DNA of 45,435 nucleotides. It comes from a virus. Lineage: Duplodnaviria; Caudoviricetes. The notes beneath the pieces are model-generated. The model was not told where the DNA came from. It saw nothing but the letters and a program-made list of their open reading frames with translations, and did not search any database. Below are positions 1-8,667 of the stretch, one piece after another. The position numbers and the translations under genes were made by a program. The DNA lies in IMG/VR virus record IMGVR_UViG_3300002546_000005, positions 1-45,435 of that record. One strand, 5' to 3'. Position 1 is the first letter of the stretch, and the number at the start of each line of letters is the position of its first letter.

Positions 1-10
1 TAAGAAAATT

Positions 11-50
11 AAAAAAAGACTATACTAAAAGCTGTATTCAGCTATAGTAC
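11..50 (-). terminator. Host intrinsic terminator (probably the original tRNA operon terminator, displaced by the prophage)
   Basis: Minus strand ACTATAGCTG-AATA-CAGCTTTTAGTATAGT hairpin followed by T7, just outside the att core. Confidence 0.5.
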
Positions 51-77
51 ACTCTTCCAATTAACTCAATGAAAAGT

Positions 78-101
78 ATGGTACCGGTGGTCGGGGTCGA
101 A
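78..101. repeat. att core, left junction (copy of tRNA-Leu 3' end)
   Basis: ATGGTACCGGTGGTCGGGGTCGAA, identical to 45018-45041. Confidence 0.95.
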
Positions 102-145
102 TATCCCTAATAAACCCTGATTTAATAAGGTTTTGCTGATAGTAC

Positions 146-164
146 GTGTAAAATATGTGTAAAA
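146..164. promoter_or_regulatory. Probable integrase arm-type sites (GTGTAAAA x2)
   Basis: GTGTAAAA-tat-GTGTAAAA; the same pair with the same 11-bp period occurs at 44880-44898. Confidence 0.65.
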
Positions 165-188
165 CACGGTTCGGGCTATTCGTGCTGA

Positions 189-500
189 TCATCTCCTAAA
201 GTCGATCCGGTCACGACCGATTATCGGGATTACTCTGTCATCCCGTCGCACCTCGTACTTATCCTGGATGTAGTTAACGAAGTCCGGATTGCTAACCATT
301 ATAGTCACTATTTGTCCGGCCAGCGTAGTTTTTCCTATGTCGCATGCTTTTGCAAGCTTATTAAGCAGCTCATGGGTTTTTTGATTCAGACTTATGTTAA
401 CTCGGATTTTTTTATCGCTACGATAATTTTTAGCCCTTAAATTTATAAAAGGTTCTTTTGGATTTAACTCCAATACCCTTCCCCCGACATTTATTTTCAT
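189..500 (-). CDS. Small DNA-binding protein, ribbon-helix-helix-like
   Basis: RSDKKIRVNISL beta-strand then helix-turn-helix pair (LLNKLAKACDIGKTTLAGQIV); GGAGGT RBS. Confidence 0.6.
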   Translation of the reverse strand: MKINVGGRVLELNPKEPFINLRAKNYRSDKKIRVNISLNQKTHELLNKLAKACDIGKTTLAGQIVTIMVSNPDFVNYIQDKYEVRRDDRVIPIIGRDRIDFRR

Positions 501-600
501 TCTTAATACCTCCCTTAAGTTGTGAACATCGTAACTTCGTTACTGTTACACGTTTACGCTGTAACTGAAGGTTTTAGAACAAAAACATCCGGAGAAAATT

Positions 601-640
601 AAAAAAAACCTCCAACCGGTTAAGGTCAGAGGCTCTTTTT
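601..640. terminator. Bidirectional intrinsic terminator after lysis cassette
   Basis: A-run, CCTCCAACC...GGTCAGAGG hairpin, T-run. Confidence 0.6.
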
Positions 641-657
641 GTCGCGAATCGACAGGA

Positions 658-996
658 TTAGTTTATAGAATCATTTAACTCGCCATCATCTAAATAATCA
701 AGCATATTAACATATAGCTTATCTATCTGCTCGATTAGCCACTCGTCGCTGACAAATAGTTTAACCCATGCCGGAAGCGCTGGATATAGTTTGCTTATTA
801 TAAGTCTTTGTGCAGCTAGTCTTTTTTCTTTACCCGATTTTGCTTTTTCTTTCGCCCACGTCGATAACACTTTTTCGACGTTAAGCATAATAAGCGACAC
901 TTGCCCTTCAGTATACTTTCTAACTCCCCAGCGCAATAAAAAAAGCACTGCAAAGAGCGCCAATACTACAATACTATATACAATGTTTAAATCCAA
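658..996 (-). CDS. Putative holin (N-terminal TM, LL-H-like)
   Basis: One N-terminal hydrophobic helix, GKEKR motif, directly after the endolysin. Confidence 0.6.
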   Translation of the reverse strand: MDLNIVYSIVVLALFAVLFLLRWGVRKYTEGQVSLIMLNVEKVLSTWAKEKAKSGKEKRLAAQRLIISKLYPALPAWVKLFVSDEWLIEQIDKLYVNMLDYLDDGELNDSIN

Positions 997-1014
997 TGTT
1001 ACCCTCTCCTTAAA

Positions 1015-2247
1015 TTATAGATTTATCAACTCTTTAAGCAACCCTTTAACTTCAACTGATTTAGCGACAAACTCTCTGACTTCATCAGCCGATACAGCAA
1101 AAGCCAATCCTTCGAGGCTGTCAAATTTGTACGCCGGAACACCAATTAACTGCCCTTGGTTATTTACAAGAGCCCCGCCAGAATTGCCTGGATTTATCTC
1201 TGCATCTGTCTGTATATGAGTAATGCCTTTACTTACCCTAAACGCTGATACAATGCCATGAGATACGGAATCTGTAAATCCTATTGGATTCCCAACCGCC
1301 AGAACATTCTCGCCTTGATGGACCTCGGTACTTAGAGATAAATAAGGCAGTTTATCTTTTGTATCTACTTTTACCAATGCAAGGTCTGCAATTGTATCAA
1401 ATACAAGTACTTGTCCTTTTATATTGTCAACGCCATCAAAAATTGGATTGTTTCTGTCTGATAAGACATAAACCTCTGTGTTATCTTTTACCACATGATG
1501 ATTTGTCAGGATGTAACCATCAGGATGTATAATGGTACCTGATCCAAGACTTCCTCCGATGTTTATTTCAACGACAGCAGGCAAAACTTTTTCTACTACT
1601 CCTGCGAAGCCGCTGGCAATAAGTTTGTATAATCTTACAAATACGTTTGCGGCTTCTTCTCTGGCAAGGGGTTTTCCTACTCCAAATTCTTCTTTCGACA
1701 ACCCGGCGAATAAACCTAGTTGAACTGCCTCGTATACCCCTTTGGCATACCATGAGTTATCATTTACGTCTTTAAACATCCCCTTTTCCTCCTTCCCTTC
1801 ATAATAATTTTTGAGATACTCTGTAGGCTCAAAGCACATAGTCTCTTTATCTTTATCTTTAATCCAGCCGAAGCTTGGTGAGAGTTTCTTTCTAATTTCG
1901 TAATGCAAATGTGAGCCTGTTACCTTGCCGGTATTACCTTGTCGTCCTATCATAGTTCCTTTTTCAGCAAACGCCCCTGCTTCTACAACCTCGAAAGCCA
2001 AGTGACAGTAACAATGCAGATGACCAAGCTTATCTTTTATCGCTACTACATTGCCATAGCCACCAAAACCAGTGCCTGCCAGTCCTTCGCCAGCAAAGAT
2101 TACTTCGCCAGCAACAAAGCAATATAATGGGTCTAAATGATTTTTTACCATGTCTATGCCCGGATGAAACTCTGGCGTACCCGGTTCAGTTGGGCTGTCT
2201 CTCCAACCGTAAGGGCTAGTGATACGATATTCCTCAAACGGATTCAC
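1015..2247 (-). CDS. Endolysin: M23 peptidase + SLH domain + trypsin-like (HtrA-type, no PDZ) serine protease
   Basis: M23 motifs HPGID, YCHL, HLHYE; SLH FKDV..SWY...GLFAG..F....L.REE; protease motifs TNHHV, DLAL, GNSGG; located between two holin-like genes. Confidence 0.88.
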   Translation of the reverse strand: MNPFEEYRITSPYGWRDSPTEPGTPEFHPGIDMVKNHLDPLYCFVAGEVIFAGEGLAGTGFGGYGNVVAIKDKLGHLHCYCHLAFEVVEAGAFAEKGTMIGRQGNTGKVTGSHLHYEIRKKLSPSFGWIKDKDKETMCFEPTEYLKNYYEGKEEKGMFKDVNDNSWYAKGVYEAVQLGLFAGLSKEEFGVGKPLAREEAANVFVRLYKLIASGFAGVVEKVLPAVVEINIGGSLGSGTIIHPDGYILTNHHVVKDNTEVYVLSDRNNPIFDGVDNIKGQVLVFDTIADLALVKVDTKDKLPYLSLSTEVHQGENVLAVGNPIGFTDSVSHGIVSAFRVSKGITHIQTDAEINPGNSGGALVNNQGQLIGVPAYKFDSLEGLAFAVSADEVREFVAKSVEVKGLLKELINL

Positions 2248-2250
2248 TCA

Positions 2251-2520
2251 TTATGCGCCTCCTCCCTTGGCTGTGACAAAGAAAAACAGCAACCCTATCG
2301 CTCCTGTTAACAGAGCTCCGATCACTGTCCTCCACAACCATTTTTGATTATCGGCAACGTCGTCAAGCCTATGATGTGCCGACCTTGCGCTTTGCAGAGC
2401 CTCGTTAGCGGTATCTTTAGCTAGCTCTGCTGTTTTTTTTACGTCAGTCATGTTGTCAATTTTCGTTTCTACTCTAACCATCCGTTCCCTGATTTCTGTC
2501 AAGATGTCTTGGTCTGTCAT
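2251..2520 (-). CDS. XhlA/hemolysin-family holin-associated protein
   Basis: Coiled coil, AHHRLD, KWLWRTVIGA, C-terminal TM helix. Confidence 0.8.
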   Translation of the reverse strand: MTDQDILTEIRERMVRVETKIDNMTDVKKTAELAKDTANEALQSARSAHHRLDDVADNQKWLWRTVIGALLTGAIGLLFFFVTAKGGGA

Positions 2521-2584
2521 TCAACCACCCACTTTCAAACAAAATAAAAAAAACACCTATTAGTGCTTGGTTCGTCAATATATC

Positions 2585-2755
2585 CTATTGCGAAATAACT
2601 TTTGCAACTATTAGCTCTAGTTCTTCACTGTTTAGGTCAGTTAATTGCTTTTTGCCTTTCGTTAAATCACGTTTAATTTTTTTGAATTTGTCTTCGCTAT
2701 CGTTCAAGTCATAAGTTAAAACTAACTTCCCTTTTTTAAAAGTTTCTTTAGGCAT
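2585..2755 (-). CDS. Hypothetical tail-associated small protein
   Basis: ORF with GGAGG RBS before ATG 2755, after the fibre chaperone. Confidence 0.55.
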   Translation of the reverse strand: MPKETFKKGKLVLTYDLNDSEDKFKKIKRDLTKGKKQLTDLNSEELELIVAKVISQ

Positions 2756-2756
2756 A

Positions 2757-3245
2757 CTATATCGCCTCCACTTGTACGGAATTGGAACCATACAGATTAT
2801 TGTTAGCTTTTATAGTGTGGGTATCAACTATATCAGTAGCAAACTGAAAAGTAGCTACTCTATCTATAGTCTGCACTTCGTATGGTGTACCATTATTAAC
2901 CTGAAATATTACAGTACAATCATCTTGAGTCGCTACTGTTATTGTTGCTGTATCTATTGTATCTGCTTCTATTTGCGGTTTATCTGATTGAATAGTCAAC
3001 CTTGGATAAGTGATTAATTCTTTGGTTATTGGATTAACCTTCCAGCTACCCATATTTTCAATTTCGGCTTTTCTTTCGTCAAAAGATAATTCAATATGTC
3101 CCATTGTCGCGGGGTCGTAATTTGGATAATCTTCCTCTATCGTTGTAATCTTGATGGAGTTTTCTAATCCCATCCTTTGACCTGTATCCTTAATGATAAT
3201 CCCATCAGCTTTATTAAATATTATTTTTCTTCCAATGTATAGCAT
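2757..3245 (-). CDS. Putative tail fibre assembly protein with C-terminal Ig-like domain
   Basis: IGRKIIFNKADG..I.DTG N-terminus typical of genes after fibres; beta-rich C-terminus. Confidence 0.55.
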   Translation of the reverse strand: MLYIGRKIIFNKADGIIIKDTGQRMGLENSIKITTIEEDYPNYDPATMGHIELSFDERKAEIENMGSWKVNPITKELITYPRLTIQSDKPQIEADTIDTATITVATQDDCTVIFQVNNGTPYEVQTIDRVATFQFATDIVDTHTIKANNNLYGSNSVQVEAI

Positions 3246-3261
3246 TTTTAAAAAACCTCCT

Positions 3262-4827
3262 TTACTCTATCGCTACCCAATTAAATGTACCTGATGTCCC
3301 GACTGGTAATTTAAAACCTGTTCCATTTACATAGGCTGGGAGTTCTAGACTTAGAACATTCCAAATATTGGTATAACCACTTGAGTCTATTGATGCGCTC
3401 GTCCAAATTGTCCCCGTTTTACTTGTTGAGCCGTTCGTGTGAAAAGGGGAGCTATGATATACAGTAAAAGAGGAATTGTGTAAGTAAACTATAATGATAG
3501 ATGCTGTAAAGGTTAATCCTCCCACTTCTAAGCTTCCTGCGGTTCTTGACAGACCATCCGCTCTAATCCAACTTAGATTACTCCCAGAAGTCGCACTCCC
3601 ACTAGCCCACCTTTTACCCTCAATCAGACTTCCGGCAACATTAAATATATTTTTACCAGATTTAATATTAGTAGCTATCAGATCGGCGTCGCCTAAAATT
3701 GTTTGTGTTCCGCTTAGGTATTGACCCGACGCTATAGTTTGGTTAGTTGTACTTGGGGTAATAGTAGCTACCCCTTTACTTGGTATTGTCCCAGTAACTT
3801 GCGCCCCATCCACAAAGGCTACTTTGCCACTTAGGATATCACTAGCGATTGCTGTCCCTAGTGACGTGTCTACAACATTAGCGTTCCCAGCTACCCCAAA
3901 GATACTGGCCCCAGCTTTAATGTTGGCCGCTACAAGGTCAGCATCCCCCAAAATTGTTTGAACTCCACTCAAATATTGACCGAGAGCAATCGTCTGATTA
4001 ATCGTGCTAGGGGTAAAAGTCTCGGCTCCTTTTGAGGGTATTGTTCCTGTAACCTTTGCACCATTTACGAATCCAACTTTTCCGCTCAATATTTGTCCCG
4101 CTGATACTGGTGATGATACTTCCGTCGTATCAACTACTTCCGTTTTGCCCGCCACCCCAAAGATGTTTGAGCCGTTTTTAATATTACCAGCCACTAAATC
4201 AAGGTCTCCTTCAATAGTGATATCACTTGAATAATAACCCGCTAACTTAGTTTGGTTCGTTGTATTAGGTATTACAGTTCCACCAACGCCCCTATTCGGC
4301 ATTGTACCAGTTTTTTTCAACCCACCTTGGTAGAATGTTTTTGTAGCTAAAACATCTCCAGCCAAAGCGTTCGCATCTTTTGAAATATCCTTTATTTTTA
4401 AACTTAGAACAGCAAAGGTATCGCCTCCACCTGCGTTTTGTCCCATGTCAGTAATAGCGGAAGCGATACTCGTTTTTCCATCACTGACATTTGTAAAAAG
4501 CTCATGCAAGGCTCCTTCAACATCATCAGCTGCGAAGTGACCTTCTGCATCTTGAATAGATACATCTGCAGCTAAAATAGCGCCTATCTCAATCCACGAT
4601 GTAGTACTAGCATCATAGCGGTTTAGCATGTTTGGAACAGTACTAGTATCTAACCACAATTCGTTATCTATAGGATTCAAGGGCGCAGTATTACTTACTG
4701 TAATCTTTTTTTGTACTCCAGTGTCAAGCTTATCCCAGTTATCGTTTAACATTGTCTGGACGTTAAACGTCTCAGTAGCTGAGCCTGGCGTACCTTTGTA
4801 CAGATTTAAGTTTGGTGTGTTAGCCAT
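3262..4827 (-). CDS. Tail fibre protein with three ~86-aa internal repeats
   Basis: Follows baseplate genes; repeated TGT.PS.G...GD.DL...NIK.G..IF.VAG units. Confidence 0.85.
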   Translation of the reverse strand: MANTPNLNLYKGTPGSATETFNVQTMLNDNWDKLDTGVQKKITVSNTAPLNPIDNELWLDTSTVPNMLNRYDASTTSWIEIGAILAADVSIQDAEGHFAADDVEGALHELFTNVSDGKTSIASAITDMGQNAGGGDTFAVLSLKIKDISKDANALAGDVLATKTFYQGGLKKTGTMPNRGVGGTVIPNTTNQTKLAGYYSSDITIEGDLDLVAGNIKNGSNIFGVAGKTEVVDTTEVSSPVSAGQILSGKVGFVNGAKVTGTIPSKGAETFTPSTINQTIALGQYLSGVQTILGDADLVAANIKAGASIFGVAGNANVVDTSLGTAIASDILSGKVAFVDGAQVTGTIPSKGVATITPSTTNQTIASGQYLSGTQTILGDADLIATNIKSGKNIFNVAGSLIEGKRWASGSATSGSNLSWIRADGLSRTAGSLEVGGLTFTASIIIVYLHNSSFTVYHSSPFHTNGSTSKTGTIWTSASIDSSGYTNIWNVLSLELPAYVNGTGFKLPVGTSGTFNWVAIE

Positions 4828-5355
4828 CTATGCTACACCTCCTGCAAATTTATCTAGGGTTTGAGTTTCAAGATCTGCAATCGTCATTGCTTCAACATCA
4901 GATATTAAATAATAAGCGAATAAATATACTACTCTTAAGTGTGCGGGAACTATCTTATTAATAGCCGTTTTAACGTCGTCGATATTACTAGGAATACCAA
5001 AGATGCTGTTGAATTTAACGTTTATCTTGCTATCAAACGTAATAACGACATCTCCGTTAGTCCAGCTGTCGGCTACTTGTTTTATTAACGACCCATCTAC
5101 TTTACCTATCCCTCTCAATTTACCTTTTACTTTAGATCTCCGTTCTGCGTAAGTAAGACCCGCAGGGTTAAGGGTTAATTCTGTTTCTCGCTCCCAGTGC
5201 TCAAGCCCCCATGTTGCGGTATCAATAAACTTCTGATCCAGCACATCCTGAATAGCTGCTTTCAAATCTATTATCTCTATGTCCTCAGCTTCCATGATTT
5301 TTTGAATTTCTTTTACATCTTTAAGATATTCAGGGAGATAATTAAGCAGCGTCAT
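4828..5355 (-). CDS. Baseplate protein XkdU/YmfQ (DUF2313)-like
   Basis: YLPEY, DTATWGL..WE, PAHL motifs; follows baseplate J. Confidence 0.85.
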   Translation of the reverse strand: MTLLNYLPEYLKDVKEIQKIMEAEDIEIIDLKAAIQDVLDQKFIDTATWGLEHWERETELTLNPAGLTYAERRSKVKGKLRGIGKVDGSLIKQVADSWTNGDVVITFDSKINVKFNSIFGIPSNIDDVKTAINKIVPAHLRVVYLFAYYLISDVEAMTIADLETQTLDKFAGGVA

Positions 5356-6394
5356 TTAAAGTCACCGTCCCTACTGCGGGAATATCGTTGGTTAACTGTA
5401 TATTTTGAGTAGCGCCATTAACTAACAGGTTAACATAGTCAGTTCCGCCAGCGGCAGTAATACTCTCAAGCAGTAAGGATCCTACTATAGCATAACTAAC
5501 TACATAGCTATCTTTTAGTTGCCAGTCACTTTTTATCAGCTCACTAAAATAACTATTTAAAGCCTGAGTAAAGCTACTTATTACATTAGCGGCAGATGTT
5601 CCAGATACGTCGGCAGTAATATTTATTCCGAAGTTTGTTGCAGTTACTACAGTGCATATTGCTCCGATCGGCGCTTCACCCTCACCTAAACCTGCGGAAT
5701 TAGGATCAATATGAGTCTGTACTTCATCTACTAATATGCTCGATGCTGGCAGCATATCCGCCCCCACGATAATAACTTTTACTGTGTTATCACCATTCCA
5801 CTTGGGGACTACCTTAGCAGCTCCAACACCACTCACTTCGTTAGCCCATTCTAGGTAATGAAAAACGTTACCGCTAGTAGAAGGCGTTTGAACCTTAGCG
5901 TTAAATCGTGCTAATAGATCCTCATCGCTCTCTGTATCCTCTCCCGGAATTAACACATCCGATAAATTAGCAAAGGTAAGTCCGTCTACATAATCGATTG
6001 GTAACAATGTTCCAAACTGATTATTCCCCACCTCCCCAGGAGTTTGACACTCTAGCTTATAGTCGTAGTTCTCAATGTTTTCTGTTACCGCATAAACTAG
6101 CGCGTCAATCCCAAACCTAGTATCTATCGGGACAATCGTGTTAAATTCGCCTTTTCTGATTGCTTTAGTGGCCTGTTTGCGTACAACGCCTACCTCCGCA
6201 CAACGGTTTTCCAGAAACACCCCACTACTCGTATTAGCGAAAACCAGTTCAAGAATCGTATCTTTTTCAATATACATTTGAGCAAGCTCAAAAGCAGCCG
6301 GAGCTAGAGCACTATAGATGATGGACCCTTCTCTTTTATCAACGTCGCTTAGCACCCTATCTAACATTCTTTGCAAAATCTCTTCATATGTCAT
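5342..6394 (-). CDS. Baseplate J/gp47 family (XkdT-like)
   Basis: DKREGSII, TSGNVFHY..WA..V.GV motifs. Confidence 0.9.
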   Translation of the reverse strand: MTYEEILQRMLDRVLSDVDKREGSIIYSALAPAAFELAQMYIEKDTILELVFANTSSGVFLENRCAEVGVVRKQATKAIRKGEFNTIVPIDTRFGIDALVYAVTENIENYDYKLECQTPGEVGNNQFGTLLPIDYVDGLTFANLSDVLIPGEDTESDEDLLARFNAKVQTPSTSGNVFHYLEWANEVSGVGAAKVVPKWNGDNTVKVIIVGADMLPASSILVDEVQTHIDPNSAGLGEGEAPIGAICTVVTATNFGINITADVSGTSAANVISSFTQALNSYFSELIKSDWQLKDSYVVSYAIVGSLLLESITAAGGTDYVNLLVNGATQNIQLTNDIPAVGTVTLNDAA

Positions 6395-6789
6395 AGCACC
6401 ACCGCGCTTTCTATAGTGCCTTCAGCTGTTAAGACGTCAAACTCTACTAATAAGCCATCGGTACTGTCAGTAAAAACAAGGTTAGTTACATCTGAGATCC
6501 TATCGTCCTGGACTAATGCCTCTTTTATGATTCTTTTGACCTCAGCTTTAATAAAGTCTTTATCTTTACCAATCAAGCTATTTAACTCATGTCCATAATT
6601 CCAAGAGTAAATTAAATGCTCATATCTTGATGTGCTTAAAATCGCCTGAATGGATTGTTTTATAGCTTCTTTGCCGTCTACAAAGCTTGCTAGCCTATCT
6701 TTTTTTAGCAGCCACGTTTTGCTAGGGTTGATGTTATCAGATGTATCAATAACACCCAGACTGCTATTCGGTAATAATGGTTGAGACAT
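6391..6789 (-). CDS. Baseplate wedge XkdS/DUF2634-like
   Basis: RYEHLIYSWNYG, EAL.QDDRI. Confidence 0.85.
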   Translation of the reverse strand: MSQPLLPNSSLGVIDTSDNINPSKTWLLKKDRLASFVDGKEAIKQSIQAILSTSRYEHLIYSWNYGHELNSLIGKDKDFIKAEVKRIIKEALVQDDRISDVTNLVFTDSTDGLLVEFDVLTAEGTIESAVVL

Positions 6790-7096
6790 CTACATCACCG
6801 ACCTTATCAAATATTAAATATTTCGAACCAAGATTAATCATTATCAATTTGTCATTAAGACCTAGCTTAGGTTTTAAGACATACTCTCTTTGAAGCTCGG
6901 TAGCATCTTTCCAGTCTTTCGTCAAAAGCTTAACTTCTTGTAAATGCTCTGGGAACAGTAGCGCTTCTTTTGGTAGTTCAAACCTTTGCTCAATCTTAAC
7001 TTTAAAAGGATTAACACTTGATACCGTCCCTATCAGTATCCTAGCATTAATCCCTTCCATGCTTTCTTTTACTATTTTTCGTATCTGGTTATACAT
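6764..7096 (-). CDS. XkdR/DUF2577-like baseplate spike protein
   Basis: GTVSSVNP.KV..., synteny. Confidence 0.75.
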   Translation of the reverse strand: MYNQIRKIVKESMEGINARILIGTVSSVNPFKVKIEQRFELPKEALLFPEHLQEVKLLTKDWKDATELQREYVLKPKLGLNDKLIMINLGSKYLIFDKVGDVDVSTIITE

Positions 7097-8032
7097 TTAG
7101 TACACCACCAGTTCTAGATCCATAAGATGTTCTTCATCTTCAAACTTATGGGTATCTGAATTTATAAGATACCAACCCTCGATATTTTCATCTGGTACTG
7201 AGATGTAAACACTATACCCTGCTTTACATCGCGTATCGCCGATAACATTTTTAAGAGAAAAAGACTTCTTCTCTCTGTTTTTCAACTCTAGTAAAGCTTG
7301 CCCTTTCTGATTGATCTTCGCTTCGTTCATACCCTCATCTACTACTTCGTAGTATTGAAGTTTGCCCCATTTGGAGATGTTGGAACTATCCTGATACAAG
7401 AATACATCCCTTTTGCCGGTTTCTTTGTTGTTCTTGGCAAGCTTTATGCGATTAAAGGTGTCAGTATCGATATCGGCGCTATAATCGTAATCAACTAACC
7501 TGCCATCGCCATCTATAACAACGTCAAGCCTGGTATCCGCAATATCTAGAAGCTCTAGTTGACCTGCTACATCTTGCAAGAAATAGGTTCTTCCAGTAGC
7601 AAGTAAAGTAGATTCCAGAGCCTCTGTTATCATATCTAGCCACTCAGTCTCGTCACTTATTTGACTGGGTATGACGTGTTTTGTATCAGTTATAACCCCG
7701 ATTTTGAGCTGGTTTTCATTTGCAATTATAACTGCAATCTCACTTGCTTTTTTATTAATAAATACCTTTGTGTCCTTAAACTTTAGATACCTTAACTGGT
7801 CATAGCAGAGTATTTTTTCTTTAGCAACTTTAAAAACGTAACCGTAAAAGACCACAGCGCCATCTCGTTCTAGCCTAACAACTTGACCGTTTTTGACCTC
7901 GTACTCGTGTTTAGAGAAGTACTCAAATCCCATACTACCGGCTCTTCCATTGCGGGAGTGTTTCATCTCAATTTTACCGTGCGGGAGCTCATAGATATTA
8001 CCTTGGCCATCATCAATTAATATCTTCGTCAT
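7097..8032 (-). CDS. Baseplate hub XkdQ/YqbQ-like
   Basis: YDQLRYLK, WGKLQYYE motifs; synteny. Confidence 0.85.
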   Translation of the reverse strand: MTKILIDDGQGNIYELPHGKIEMKHSRNGRAGSMGFEYFSKHEYEVKNGQVVRLERDGAVVFYGYVFKVAKEKILCYDQLRYLKFKDTKVFINKKASEIAVIIANENQLKIGVITDTKHVIPSQISDETEWLDMITEALESTLLATGRTYFLQDVAGQLELLDIADTRLDVVIDGDGRLVDYDYSADIDTDTFNRIKLAKNNKETGKRDVFLYQDSSNISKWGKLQYYEVVDEGMNEAKINQKGQALLELKNREKKSFSLKNVIGDTRCKAGYSVYISVPDENIEGWYLINSDTHKFEDEEHLMDLELVVY

Positions 8033-8667
8033 AGCTTTAATACCTGCCCAGGTGTAATTAAGTTAGGATTTTTAATTTTGTTTTTTTCTGCTATTTCCTT
8101 GTATAGGTTTCCGTTACCTAGCTGAGCCTTAGCAATAGCATATAACGTATCACCGCTTTGCACAACATAGGTATTCGAGATCTCCTTCTCAATAGGTCTT
8201 GTGATAATTACTGAAGCTACGGCTTTTGTTTCAGCGCTTATGACATTCACTTTCTTTGCCGAAAAGTATCTATACTCCTTAAGTTCAAGAGAGTAATAGA
8301 TATCTCCGACTTCCCCAGCAACCTCTTTGTAGTCTAAGCTTTCTATCGTACATGACCATGTGAAAGGGAATGCATTATCTGCGACCACTACCCTAAGTGG
8401 TATCTTCTGATCCCGCCATTTCTTTAACAAGTTAATATAATCAGAGGGACGCTTTAGAATTGTACTGGATACATAAGGAGCTTTTTCGGTTGGAAAAATA
8501 CCTTTTAGTTTAACAATAGCTAGGTTCACAGTATTAATTATGCTTATCTCACCAATATTTTGCAGTGTGTGATTCTTGTTATTACTTTTTTCGTTTACCT
8601 CTATTTCACTTGGCAGTACGGGTAGCTCAAATACTTCGTCATTTTGACTTAGATAGATTTTAGCCAA
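8029..8667 (-). CDS. LysM-domain tail protein (XkdP-like)
   Basis: C-terminal LysM YVVQSGDTLYAIA...NLITPGQVL; TTG start 7 nt after GAGGTG. Confidence 0.85.
   Translation of the reverse strand: MAKIYLSQNDEVFELPVLPSEIEVNEKSNNKNHTLQNIGEISIINTVNLAIVKLKGIFPTEKAPYVSSTILKRPSDYINLLKKWRDQKIPLRVVVADNAFPFTWSCTIESLDYKEVAGEVGDIYYSLELKEYRYFSAKKVNVISAETKAVASVIITRPIEKEISNTYVVQSGDTLYAIAKAQLGNGNLYKEIAEKNKIKNPNLITPGQVLKL

Noticed and set aside
3262-3620. Diversity-generating retroelement targeting the tail fibre tip
   Set aside because: No reverse transcriptase ORF in the window, and I saw no template repeat differing only at adenines
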